A stretch of 64,000 nucleotides of DNA from Balanoglossus misakiensis. Taxonomy: Eukaryota; Animalia; Hemichordata. A model generated the notes under the pieces. The model did no database searches and was not told the origin of the DNA. It worked only from the letters and a program-made list of their open reading frames with translations. The DNA lies in contig CM082595.2 in assembly GCA_040954595.2 (NCBI GenBank), positions 9,537,918 to 9,601,917 of the forward strand, written 5' to 3'. Below, piece after piece: positions 12,530 through 25,100 of this stretch; the first letter of the stretch is position 1, and every line of letters starts with the position of its first letter. The position numbers and the translations under genes were made by a program.

Positions 12530-12799
12530 ATGGCATCCCCGGCTCCCGGTCCCTCATCCCCAACCAGCCAAGGCGTGGCACTGAAATTGCGCCTCATGGA
12601 GGATGTCGAGATCCGGAATTCCGCCAACGGGAAACTGTTTAGCGTGCCTTGTATGCAGCAGGATGGCAACGTTCTGGAACTTAAATTCTGGAAAGAAAAT
12701 CCGAAGTGGCTGAACAGATTACAGAAGGGAGAATACGTACAGCTCCGCAACTTTTCCACTGGAAGAGATAATACCATTTGCCTCTATGATAGAGCAAAG
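12530..12799 (+). CDS. Putative coding exon, OB-fold-like protein
   Basis: TTTCAG acceptor at 12516, ATG at 12530, AAG|GTACGT donor (phase 0); peptide ...VLELKFWKENPKWLNRLQKGEYVQLRNF. Confidence 0.5.
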
Positions 12800-13216
12800 G
12801 TACGTTATAATCGCACCCCGAAACTTATGGGCCTGACTTTTTTTTTGCCGTAGTCATTTTGGGTATCTTAACCTCCCATCTTCTACATTTTTAGAAATTT
12901 ACTCTACAAAATTGAATGACCCATTACATTTTAGAGACCTTTCCCGAATTCAACCGAAGCCCAATGGGAAGGTCTTCAGATGTAATCCAATATGGCAGCC
13001 TCCATGCGATCACGTACATTGAAAATCCATTTATATGATACAACCATGCCTTGTCAACTCACCTCGGGTCAAAATTACTGCCATCGATTCATCATTTTGC
13101 AGTTCAAATTTTAAAAAGCAACTGACAAAAAACAACCACTCTTGCACTATTTCTCCACAACATTTACTACTCGTAATTATTAACATTCAATGTTTTCCAT
13201 TTTATTTCCACTACAG

Positions 13217-13423
13217 TATGAATCAGTGACACATACATCGAATTCTACAAAGAGACGTAAACTGACCATAACTGATGGCACAAGAGATGCTGAAGTCAAC
13301 CTTTGGGGTGAGAAAACAGCGCTGCCACTGGATGTAGGTGCCACAGTTAAACTAGGCCCATTGGTTATCAACAGATATAAAACATCGTCCACATTAAATA
13401 CAACAGCGACAACTGAAGTGGAG
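13217..13423 (+). CDS. Putative coding exon, RPA70/SSB-like OB fold
   Basis: CTACAG acceptor and GAG|GTGAGA donor, phase 0 at both ends; peptide RKLTITDGTRDAEVNLWGE...VGATVKLG. Confidence 0.55.
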
Positions 13424-13439
13424 GTGAGACATAAAATAC

Positions 13440-14880
13440 TGTTCCTGATGCTCCGTGAGAACTGTCAAGTAGCCACGGTTCTAGGCGACATAGGATGGAT
13501 GTCCACTGTACGGGAGGAGGCCATGCATGTATACGGGAAGGAAAAGAATGAAGCCAACCTGCCCTTACCATCCGACGCAGCCATAAAAACCTGCACACTA
13601 CCTCGGGAGTTCAATCCAGGCCGCGTACGTGGGGGATTCGTTGGCCATATCTCCCCGCAAGAGCCCACAAGAACCACCACCGCAGCTGACGACCTGGAGG
13701 AAACTTTGAGCATCTTCCGGGATCCGCAGCTGGAAAAACAGGTACTCGGTGGCGACAAGGACCAGGCGATGGAGGTGTCGGAAGGGCCAGACCCACCCCG
13801 CACCCGTGTATCACCCCCAATAGCAGTAGCGAGAGACGGGGGAAACCAAGGGCTGCTGCAGGAGCCATCACCCCCACGCCAAGAAATGCTGCCGCTGCAG
13901 TCACTGATCAACCCATTGGAGCTGGAGGCGACGTTGGAGGCGGGGGAATATCTAATCCCCTGGGAACTTCGACGCCACCCCGGCAGCCCTACTAGGTCCA
14001 GATCCCCAACCCGGTCGCCGCGACCGGAGCGTTCTCGAGAGGAAAGGCGGGACCGCCCACCTTCCCGTGAACGACCATCCTTTTCACGCTGGGGAGATCT
14101 CAGCCCCAGACGTCGATCACCGATCCGGTATCCGACGCCGGAACCGCCCAAAGAAGACGAACGCCGCTGGAGGAGCGCCAGGCCGGCCCGAAGGAGCCCC
14201 CTATCCTCTGTTCCACATTACTCATCAGGCCCTTCTCCATGTCCGTTCCCGGGAGGCCGGAGGTCCACGCGCAAACTGAAGAAACACGCCTTTCAGTGCC
14301 ACCTTCCAGTTATTTTTACTGAGAAGCCGGTAGTATTCCGCGAGCGGGACGCGGTTGAGGCGTTAGAGAAACTCACCTATACTGGCTGTGTGGTCCAGGA
14401 AATGAAATACCCGACCTGCTAGACTTCTATATCCGCAGGGGCGGACCTGGACGGATCCCTACGGAATCCTTTTGTTCACCGGAGTCCATGGTGATGATGA
14501 AGCGCCTGTGCGTCTTCCAGGGGTGGGAGGTGCCGAACAGGTTCCGACTGAGCTCCCCCACCACACCAGCGATTCTCATCCACTGGCGTGTCCTTAGCAT
14601 ACTGCTGAGGTCGGTATCCCAATCACGACAGGAAGAATTCCGGGAAATCCGACCTCACCGGAAAACATCATCAATCCGGACACAGCAACCAGAGAGGACG
14701 GGGGCGGAAGCAGTCGCACAGAATCCATCGACGCAGGGGGAGCGAGGACGCGCCAGGGGTTTTTGATGCATTTTTTATCCCCCAAGCGTGCGCGGAGGAG
14801 TGCCGAGTGGAAGACGCGCCCACCACCATAGATGACCTCACTGACTACGATGTTGGTGTCCCCCCTGTTATGTTTCCATC
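13440..14880 (+). pseudogene. GC-rich inserted gene fragment: Pro/Arg/Ser-rich region, degenerate C2H2-like motif, frameshifted continuation; probably transposon-borne
   Basis: Abrupt rise in GC content; CPFPGG..KLKKHAFQCHLP; second ORF 14488-14766 with PAILIHWRVLSILL. Homology with the paralogous intron ends at ~13440. Confidence 0.45.
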
Positions 14881-17864
14881 AACATGGGAATAATAATGCG
14901 ATCATAAGGTATAACAACAACCTATTTATTGATCGGCTGAAAAGACTCAACAATGTGCTTCGCCTTATCTGGGCGGAAGTGACGTCGTACAGCAATTCAT
15001 AAACAAGTGGAACACCAACAATGCAACACTAGAGGGCGCTATATTGATCGTAGCTGTCAGAATACTACACCCCCCCCCCCGCATGTTTAAAGGTTTCTAT
15101 AGAAAAGCATTGTTGAGGTTCACAAAACTTTGAAGAAGCTTTGCAACCCTAACTTTGGCCAAAGATTTGAATGTTAAGGTTTCACAAACGTAGTTACAGC
15201 TGAGGTTCAACTAAGACTAGTATAAGAGGCTTCAGCACGCCAAGTCTTGTAGCAAGCTTCAACACAAAGCTTTTTGCAACATTGTTCAAAGCGTTGTCAA
15301 AGGTACTGCACAACCCTGGTGAAGTAGTGCTATATTTTCAATTAAATGGCTTAAGCCATTTGTCTCTCCAACCAGAATTGCACCAGAGTTAAATACACAC
15401 AGCTTGAAATTGTAAAATGTTGCAAAATCAAACGATCACATCCTTACACCTATTATTAGAACCAGAAGTTGAGTCAAAATGTTCCTACCTAGAAATTTTC
15501 TTTCCTATGAAGTTTTTTGCTTATTGGCATTCATATGGGAGCCTAGACCTATTCCAGCTGAGTTGCCAAAATGGCAATGTTGGACAATTCTTCTAATATG
15601 CATGATCAAAAATGGCCGCCAAATACCTTCTCTAAAATAAAACTTGGCCCTTTTTTCTCAAAATTATGTGTAATATCTAAAATTTCAGGATTTGCATCCA
15701 TATTGGTTATGTATTGCAAATATGGCAGTGTTTGGCAACTTTTCTATTTTGCATAATCAAAAATGGCCGCCAATCACCACTAAAAGTGAAATTTTGCCAT
15801 GTTTCCCAAAATGATGCGCAATATCGTATTTTCAGGATTAGCACATTCATACGGGTACCTTTAACAATACAACTGTGTTGCAAATTTGGCAGTGTTACCG
15901 TACTAATCATGAAGCAAGGAAGTGCAACCTCTGTATCCCAAATATATGTCTATCCCCACTCACAAAGAGCCAGCCCCTCTGCATCATCCTGTTCCTCAAC
16001 TTCACGATGGGAATCCTTTTCAGAATTCCGACCTCAAAACATCCAGGGATTCACCATCATTCACCACACCCTCGTCAGTATCCACCATGTTTAGATCCAA
16101 TGCCTGAACATGTTGTCTCTTTATCTATGGATTGCGTTAAAGGCCAGTGGGAGTTTCATCTCCTTTTTTTGCAATTTTGACCATTTTTATCTGGTGCATA
16201 ATGCTAGAGTACATATCATCCATACAGGATGATGCATGTACAGTGATGGGAAATGTATCAATCCAAACCTGCACTAGATTTGCATACAGTGCCATACCTT
16301 TTAGGGCTATTTTCTTGACCCTTTTGATAGTCTGCTGGCCAAAAGTGGCTGGCCAAAGTGGCCAGCAGAGACATTCTTCCAATACCCTTCATAGTGCCAA
16401 CAGACAAGGCTTGGATATACAACCTGTGTTGCTTGTAAGGCACACATCTCCAATTGGTACATTGGGCCAATTATACTGTACATGTGTACAGCTAGGAAAA
16501 AAATATACTTCATCATAGTTTCCATGGTCAGCAGCTTCAATAACTTGTTGCCTTTTCTTACTGAACATTTTGACTTATAAAGAAGTATAACAAGAATAAA
16601 GTTGTCCAATTAGTGTTGGCAGGGGGGTGGGGGATGTGTTCTCCCATACAAAGGTGTATAGGTATGTAGTCTTTAAGAAAAACTTGGGGTAAATGACCAG
16701 AAAATTTGACTTATAATACAAATAGGTCGGGTTTTGGGCATTTACACGTGTTGATGTTATCGACTGGGGCGACAGACTACCATCCGAAAATATTTCAAGT
16801 ACCCCCCCCCCCCCTCGGGTGCCGGCCAGTGGGATGGAGGTGATAGAAACTGTTGTAGATACAATAGAGGCCTACAACCTGAAAACCTTCTGGCTTTAAC
16901 CGAGGACTTGCCATTAAAGATACCTGTAGGCCCCTATATGCTGCTCCCACATACACTCCCAGTCCTAAACCTTGCATCTGATTTGTGGTGCAGATGAAGA
17001 ATTAAGATTGGCTTGACAATTAGCACACTTAATTGCCTGTTATGAGATATAATACATACAATCATGGGACAAGAATGGCAAAAGTTAAATTATCCAGCAG
17101 GTGTTTGAATTATGCAAATTAGAGCAGTTGTCTAATATTGCCATGTCAACCATGTTGAAATTGTTTTAGGTACCCATATTAATGGAAACCCTGCAAATTC
17201 GATATTACACACCATTTAAAACAAATATGGGAAATTAACATGTTAGAGAAATTTGGCGGCCATTTTGGATTATGCAAATTAGAACAGTTGTCTAATATTG
17301 CCATGTCAACCATGTTGAAATTGTTTTAGGTACCCAGGAGAGTTGAATGAAAATGCCATTTGCAATGCAGTTGTCTTGTATTGGGTGCCCATATTAAGGC
17401 ATTCTTGAAAACGAAACATTATTCATCATTTTGACGCAAACAGAAAAGGTGTTCAAATGCAAATTGGAAGAGTTGCCCAACCCTGCCATATTTGCAATAC
17501 AGTTGTAGTGACTGTCAACTCGACTACAGACAGTCTCGATGAACACAAGACATGATCCCAATTTGCAAGCTGAGTTGAAACTGACTGCTGCAGTAACTTA
17601 GCTGTGGGAATGTCTTGTGTGATTTAAAACAATGATGACCAAATTTAACACAGTTTCTCTGAGGTAACCATTTAGCTTTCAGGACTAAGTTTGTTTAAGA
17701 ATCCTTTATTCTACCCAAGGAACAAATTTCCTTAGAATTTCACAACTGAGACACAGTTTACAGATATACAAAAAGTGCGTACTACAAACATAAGAAATTG
17801 TTTGCATTTTTTTTTTCTGATGGCAATGCATTTGACTGTAAACAGACATTGACGTCCTTTAGTA

Positions 17865-18696
17865 AGGGACTGTTCAGTTATGGTGGAGGGGGGGGGGCAA
17901 AAGTTTGTGTCATTGGTTTTCAAAATCAGGCCGACACCCCCTTCAACCAGGACCAAAAAAATGATGACCCCCCCCCCCTTTGACAGGACCAAAATATGAT
18001 GACCCTCCTCCCACCCCGAAAACATTCGCCATCCTTATCTTATGTACACTGACTGTATGCAATAAAGGTAAAGGGTCTCCTCACACCTCAATTCTAAATT
18101 TCTTAAAGAAATTTATAATTTGAAGTGTATAATAGTATAGCGTTGCAATAAAGAAGGTCTATGGATAAATTAAAAGGACACGTCAATACAATAGTTGGTA
18201 GAATTGGTAAAACAAGAAAAGTGGAAGGGGTGGGTGTACGTAGGACAATTTTGTAAAATACAATTAATGCATTTTAATGAACTCAAAGGCAAATTAACTT
18301 AATGTTGGGGAGGACAAATTTGACTTTTGCCACTCAAAGTTAACATCAGTGGGGGTGGGATGGCAAGTATTCTGCCCTGGTACACTATATGTGGCGAAGA
18401 AATAAGGGGATGGGTGTGGGAGGGGATGTCCTCCTTCCACATAAGAAAACTTTGTAAAATATGTAGCTCAAAGTTGCATTTTAATGAAGTCAAAAGCAAA
18501 TTACATGTATCTCAATGTTTGAAAGGACCAATTTTACTGTTGCCACTCCACTCAAAGTTAGCATCGGTGGGTACATGTATATGACATCCCCCCTAAACGT
18601 TTGAAAAAAAGATGACTCCCTCTTTTGGATTTCAAAATTTAAGTGACCCCCTGGATTTTGCCAGCCTCCCCCCACCGTAAAAACTGAATGGTCCCT
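17865..18696. mobile_element. Non-autonomous TIR element (MITE)
   Basis: TIRs AGGGACTGTTCAGTT / AACTGAATGGTCCCT at a TA(A) site. The paralogous sites near 45005 and 54725 are empty. Internal ~110-bp duplication (18245 and 18450). Confidence 0.8.
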
Positions 18697-20069
18697 AAGC
18701 GCTATTTTGTCAGTGAAATGGCTCCATTATTATCCCTCCAACCATAGTTGAAACGGAGTTAAATATGTACAGCTTGAAATCATAAAATGTTGCAAAATTG
18801 AACCAAGAGTTTGGTCAATGATCAAGTTCTTACAGCTATTACTAGAACCATACAGTCTCAGCGAACAAGAGACATTGGTCCGATTTGCAAGCCGAGTTGG
18901 AACTGACTTTGCCTGCACACAGATGTGCCAATTTCAGCGAATCTTATCGTATTTAAAAATGAATATGGAGAATTGTTATCTGTGTTCCTATTGCTAGCCT
19001 ACATACATGTAGCTGTTGTCATTCTAGTGTTTTTTTTCTGTATACCACAATTGCCACACTGTTTGGGATACTTTTATCAAATGTTATGTGATACTATATC
19101 AGCCTGTTTTGGGGATCTTGACAATGACATATATTAGACTTTTCATACACAGCATGAGGTAGAATTTCAGAAAAGATTAGGTAATAAGACTGTATATCTC
19201 ATAGGAAATAATCACTTTAGAAGTATTACGATAAAAAAAAATCATTTCACTCTTATTGGGAGCATACATTTGTAAAACATACATACAGACATGAATACAG
19301 ACATAGAGAGATCAAGGTGTATACGATTTTCAGTGGGGGAGGGGGTCCTCCTTAATTGCAAACAACTATGTAATGGTAATTTCCCTTTTATAATAACAAT
19401 TTTTGAGGTATAAGGAAAAAATATCAAACAAAATAAACAAAAAAACTAATTCAGCTATGATTTGATTCAATTATCATTCTAAAGAAGCACATATCATTAA
19501 CTCACTACTAAACTTTTAAAGTGATCAACCATGCACTTTCTGAGAATTTTTTTTATGCCCCCAAAATACAATTTTTTCATTTTCAGAACATTTATGATAT
19601 ATCACAGTAAAAAAATCCCCTGGAAACTGCAAAACAAAAAATTGCAAAGCAATCAAACAAAAATGGCAAAAATTGTCCACAAAAACTATATTGACAGTTC
19701 CATCATAGGATTTGTTAAAATGTCGTGATAACACACCTAGGAACCTGCAAACCAAATTTCAAAGAACTGTGAGTAGAGGTTTTTGAGTATTTGACCAAAA
19801 TCACCCCAAAAATATACTTCAAACCAGATATTAACTGAATATGCTCACGTGCAGTACTGTGATTGGTTGACAGAATAACAAGATTAGAAAAACCAGTGTT
19901 AAACCAATTTGGTTTATAGTGTATATGGTGTAAGGGTTGTGTGTTGCACCATTGTGAAATGTAAACATGTTTGTGGAATTGTTGCCTTGTCAATTTTTGT
20001 AAGGGGTTATGAGTCATGTACCCCATCCTGAACTGCATAAAAAGATAAGTCTATGGAATTCTAAAACTC

Positions 20070-21003
20070 GTTAATCAAAAATGGCAAGAAATATACCAAA
20101 AAGTATGAATATTTCACCAGATTTCAACAAATCTGATTTCTGTTCATGCCTAAGAACCTCTTTAACAAGTTTCAATAAGGAAGACATTTTGGCAAACAAC
20201 AGGTAATTCAGACAAATCTGACTGATATCACATATATGAATTCCCATTCAAAGTTTCCAATCAATTGGACTTGTGGTTTCACTGAAGACTATTTGGCCAA
20301 ACCCTGCAGAATTCCCAAAAAATACAATTATGCAAATTTCTTTACAATTTGATCATATCTGACTGAGATCACCCCTAGAAACCCAAATACAAAGTATCAA
20401 AACAATTGCACTTACAGTTTCACGGGATTTGATTTTTTGACAAAAACAGGAAATATTGCCCAAAAATGCATTTTTGCAAATTTCACCACCGTTTGCACAA
20501 ATGTGATTCAGGTAAGCCCTATGAACCTCCATACCAAGTTTCCAATCAATTGGACATGTAATTTCAGAGAAGAATTTTTTTAAACAAAACTGCAGAAAAT
20601 TCCCCCAAACATTCATAAAAAATAGCAAACGCCAGATACTGACTCCACCTGAACAAAATCATACGAGGTCTTCCCATAGTACTTGCACACCAATGCACGC
20701 CAATTTTTAACTGAATCTGATCCGCTGTTATTAAGTTTTTCAATTTTGACTATTTGAACATTTTTCCAGTTAATACCAGTATGCATTTTTTCGCAATAAC
20801 AATTTCTATGTACACACTAAATATCAGTAGTTTCAAGTTTTTGATGTTGATGGACATACACATACATACATCAATACATTTAGACGAAACTGATCCATTC
20901 GCAAAATACATAATTCTGTATGAGGCACACATACAGACATACATAGACGACGGACACCAACTTATGCTATAAGCTGACATTGATATACATGTTAGCCAAA
21001 AAC
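20070..21003 (+). mobile_element. Probable non-autonomous Helentron-like (HINE/pearl-type) element
   Basis: Degenerate core repeats (AAGTTTCCAATCAATTGGAC at ~20251 and ~20536), CATA microsatellite, terminal hairpin GCTGACAT..ATGTTAGC then an A-run. The left boundary is approximate. Confidence 0.4.
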
Positions 21004-21944
21004 CAAAATCAACCTCAAAATATACATTAAAATATATTGCACCACCATGAGAAGACAAATTCATTTTTCGACAAATTTTCTGGGGCGTCATTGATATAGC
21101 ATGGCATATTGTCAAAGTACGTAGTCTCTGTGATAAGATTCCATACACACAAAATGGTAACCTTGGAAGTCCAGCTGACGTAGTTATGCAATGGCGTCTC
21201 GTGTATTCCGTCGCCAAAAAATCATCGTAAAATTGATAGTCGGGGTCACAATTCAAGACGACTTTCTCTAAATTCTTTATGAATGGATTAAATCAAAATC
21301 GAAATGTTGACGTATGACGTACGGAATGAGATCTGAACAGACATTCAATGTTATCATTCTCGCTCGATCACATATTGGGTAAGCCATCTAGCAATCGCTA
21401 AATAGTATTGGCGATAACAGACTGTCTATAAACTCACAAAACGGATTTTACTGTTGAGTGTGATCAACCGCCACGTTATTTTTCTCTGAACAATAGACAA
21501 ATAGAAAGCCTGGTGACATTTTGAGATTGACTGCGTGAGGACCACAATATGCGTGAATCATTTACGGTTTGTCTTGATGAATGGGTCACGTCATAGTCAT
21601 AACGCGGATTCGGCTGCACGCCAACTATCCGCCATATATTGTCTCCACTAACTTACTCGTAAGTAGTTTCAAACTTCATTTGAAAAGAGTATTCGTCTGA
21701 CAGTCCTGTAGATTAACAATTTACGCTCTATGAAGCAACTAAACAACGTTAGCTTCCTTGTGGATTCACGTAGGGAAGTTATTCGTAACGACGGGTACAT
21801 CGTCTGAGCATGGACAGAACAACGGCAATATCGCCAGGAATGTCTCATTTCACAGCGCCCTCAAACAGTCGATCTCCTCAAACTATCGTTTCCACTGGTC
21901 ATATATGCGGCATTAACGAAAGCTCACATAGACAACCATGTAAT

Positions 21945-22178
21945 AGAAAAATTAAAACTTAAATAACTTCATTAATATCAAAGCTACACCCACCAAAACA
22001 TTTTCAGTTCTTGCCATATGATATCTGAACCTGTGTACTAAATTTGGTTGAAATCGGTTCAGCGGTTCTTGAGATATCGGGTATACAGACAGACACACAC
22101 ACACATACATACATACACACACACACACACAGACATCGCTAAACCATAAGCTCACGTGATTTTCACGTGAGCTAAAAA
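21945..22178 (+). mobile_element. Short Helentron/DINE-like element
   Basis: CAGA/CA/CATA microsatellite followed by a perfect 11-bp hairpin AGCTCACGTGA-ttt-TCACGTGAGCT and an A-run; absent from the other arm. Confidence 0.55.
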
Positions 22179-25100
22179 TGAAAAAAAATCCATGAGGTCT
22201 CAAAATGAATACACACCAATTTCTAAAGCAATTTGACCAGTTTCCACCAATTTCACATTGGTCCCAGTGGTAGATAGACATATACGAAATGGGAACCAAA
22301 GAATAAAACACATTTCAAAGATTTAACATCTTTTTCCTCAAGAGTGTTTTTCAAATCTTCTCCACATCCTTCAAAATCGCCACCATAAAGCCATATTACT
22401 TGTAGTGCTTATGTTTGTCATATCTAGGTGATGCATACCACTATAGATGTGTACCCTTTGTATAGAGGCAGATTAAACAGGTGTGGTACCTGTTAAATAT
22501 CTGACTTCTTTAAATTACAGCCACAATCGTCTGTCAACAAGATGTTCATGTAGATGTATACCTAGCAGTAAGCTTATTTAGATTGACAAATCTTAGATGA
22601 AAATAATGAAAAAGTGGCACAACCCTTAGGGCTTTAACTAGCAGCTTTATGCCAGATGAGTTCGAGTCTAACGATGTAATGTTGACATTAAGGTTTCATT
22701 GAAATAACTTGGGAACCTCTCTACTATTTGAAGCACCAAAGCTGTGAAAAACTTCCTTCTTTCCCTGAGTTTTTTATGAATATGTTCTAATCTGGGACAA
22801 AAATTTGTTGCCAAGTGTCTTGACTCCTTTACCAAATGTCAGGGACCGGATTTTTTTCAGCAAAATTTCAAATAACCTTGGCTGATTTTTTACCTACTTT
22901 CACATATTGGGTAGCATGAAAAAAAGTATGGCTTCCAGAAGGGTTATAGATACAGTGTTTTGTAATAACAAGAATTAACATGAAACTATAATTTCATGGT
23001 TAATTTAGGACCGCCTTAATCTATGGTAACGTCATTAAATATTTGCATATCTAATTGTAGGCTATCCAGTGGAGGGAGAAACCTAAACATGGACAACATT
23101 GGGGTCAAAATTGTTTGACAGAACTTTGGGTGACTTTGGGTAAACCTTGACCAACATTACTATATCTTGGCATCCAGAGCAGATGCAACCTTGACACTTG
23201 GAGTGATGGAAATGCATAATGGAGTATTATGTCTCAGCTAGTCACAGTGCTTTTGCTGTGTTTTATGTCTTTTATTCAGCCAAATTAGATGTTTTTTATT
23301 ACACATTGGCTGTGTTTTCCAGTACTTTTTAGCTGGTCACACTGCCTTAAGACAATGTATTCTCAAAATACCATGCAATCATTATGAAGCATATACAGCA
23401 GACAACGTTATGGTATGACTGAACTTGCCCTTCTTTGTGACTAAAGCATGACCGGCCTGTCTTAGGTGGCCCCTACCTAGGGGCTTTACCCGTCATTGGC
23501 TCACAGTCTGAGAAATCAGCTCTGCAGGGAAGTTAACGATGTAACCCACCATTAAAGCTTGGATTTCCGCTTTTTGTATCTGATGCCTGGCTGAGGCCTT
23601 CTTAGGATCTACCCAACGCTGAGTAGGCTATCCCGTCATTGGCACACAGTCTCAGGGAGGGAGTCCAAAGTTCAGTATACCAGCAAAGCCTTTATATTGT
23701 CCATTCTTTTTAAGAGAAGGCTGGCTGCTGTAGAAAAATGTTGATCTCAAATGTATCATGTCCAAAAAAAGGCAGACTTCCAGCCCTATTGGTTAGGCTG
23801 GCATTAGGTATGTACATAATTAATGAGACAAGACATAATATTCCATTACATAGTTCAATAACTCCAAGTGTCAAGGATGTATCTGTGCCGGATGCCAAGA
23901 TATAGGAATGTAGGTCAAAGTTTACCCAAGATCACCCAAAAGTTTGTCAAAAGATTTTGACCCCAGAGTTGTCCATGTCCAGGTTACCACATCCTCTAGA
24001 ATAAGATATGCACATATTTAATGAGGTTACCATAGCTCAAGGGGGTCTTTAATTAACCATCAACATTTAGTTTCATATTAATGCATGTTAATATAATACA
24101 CTGTATCTATAACCCTACTGGTAAGCCTAGAATTAGGTACATGCGAAAGTTTTTGACAAGATAGATAAGTTGTAAAATATGTACATGAACCTGACAATTG
24201 ACTTAAAATAACATAAGGCAGACTTGATACTTATCGGAGATAGATACTAATAACAACAGTGATGTTAATTACACCGGGAATGTTTGTCTTATTATAGCTA
24301 CATGTAAAAGACTGCTTGAGGTAATGTAATTAAAGTGACCACTTGCGATTCACCTTCAAAGTGCTATGCAAGTCTACGGTACATTGTTTTTCCAATGATT
24401 GGACAAAGGATATTCATAATGTGTAATTAAGGCTGGATAGCATTTTCAATGTAATAAGCCCTGCCTTCACTATAATCTTACGCCAAATCAACATTGTTCA
24501 GTTTATGTTAATAATTTCACTAAGGGACACTTGTTACATCAAATTTCCCAGCAAGGGGTGTCAGATTATTGGGCAAGTGGCATGCATGACACTAGACGAT
24601 ACTTTTGGAAGCAAAGCGGACAGAACACGGCTGGATATAGACTAGGTAATTCTGAATGTGACCATGAACTGTACCACAGACTCTGTATTGTATGTTTCTG
24701 AAGAATCCCATTTAACCCAGACATCAACATACTTCAACCTTGTAAGAAGTAGAACATACATGATTTACTAGTAAATATTTGCTAGGTTATTACACACTTT
24801 GGATTACACAAAAATAGGTGTGTACACCGCTGTGACATTGCCAAGCAGATATGACCTACCAGGTAACCTAATACAATTTCACAGGAATCGGAGTATTTTC
24901 AGTGAAAACAACATTTCTTCAACAATGACAAAAACTGCCTCAACCACAACAATTCAGATATCAACAAATCCAACAATATCTCACTTCAATCACCACAAGG
25001 AACATGCCTACCAAAATTGAAAGCAATTTGACATGCGGTTTCAAAGAATACAAATTGCAAAAATTGCCTCAAGACCACAAATATGCAAATTTCACCAAAA

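Noticed and set aside
13465-14151. 228-aa minus-strand ORF
   Set aside because: Antisense of a GC-rich coding fragment, where stop codons are rare.
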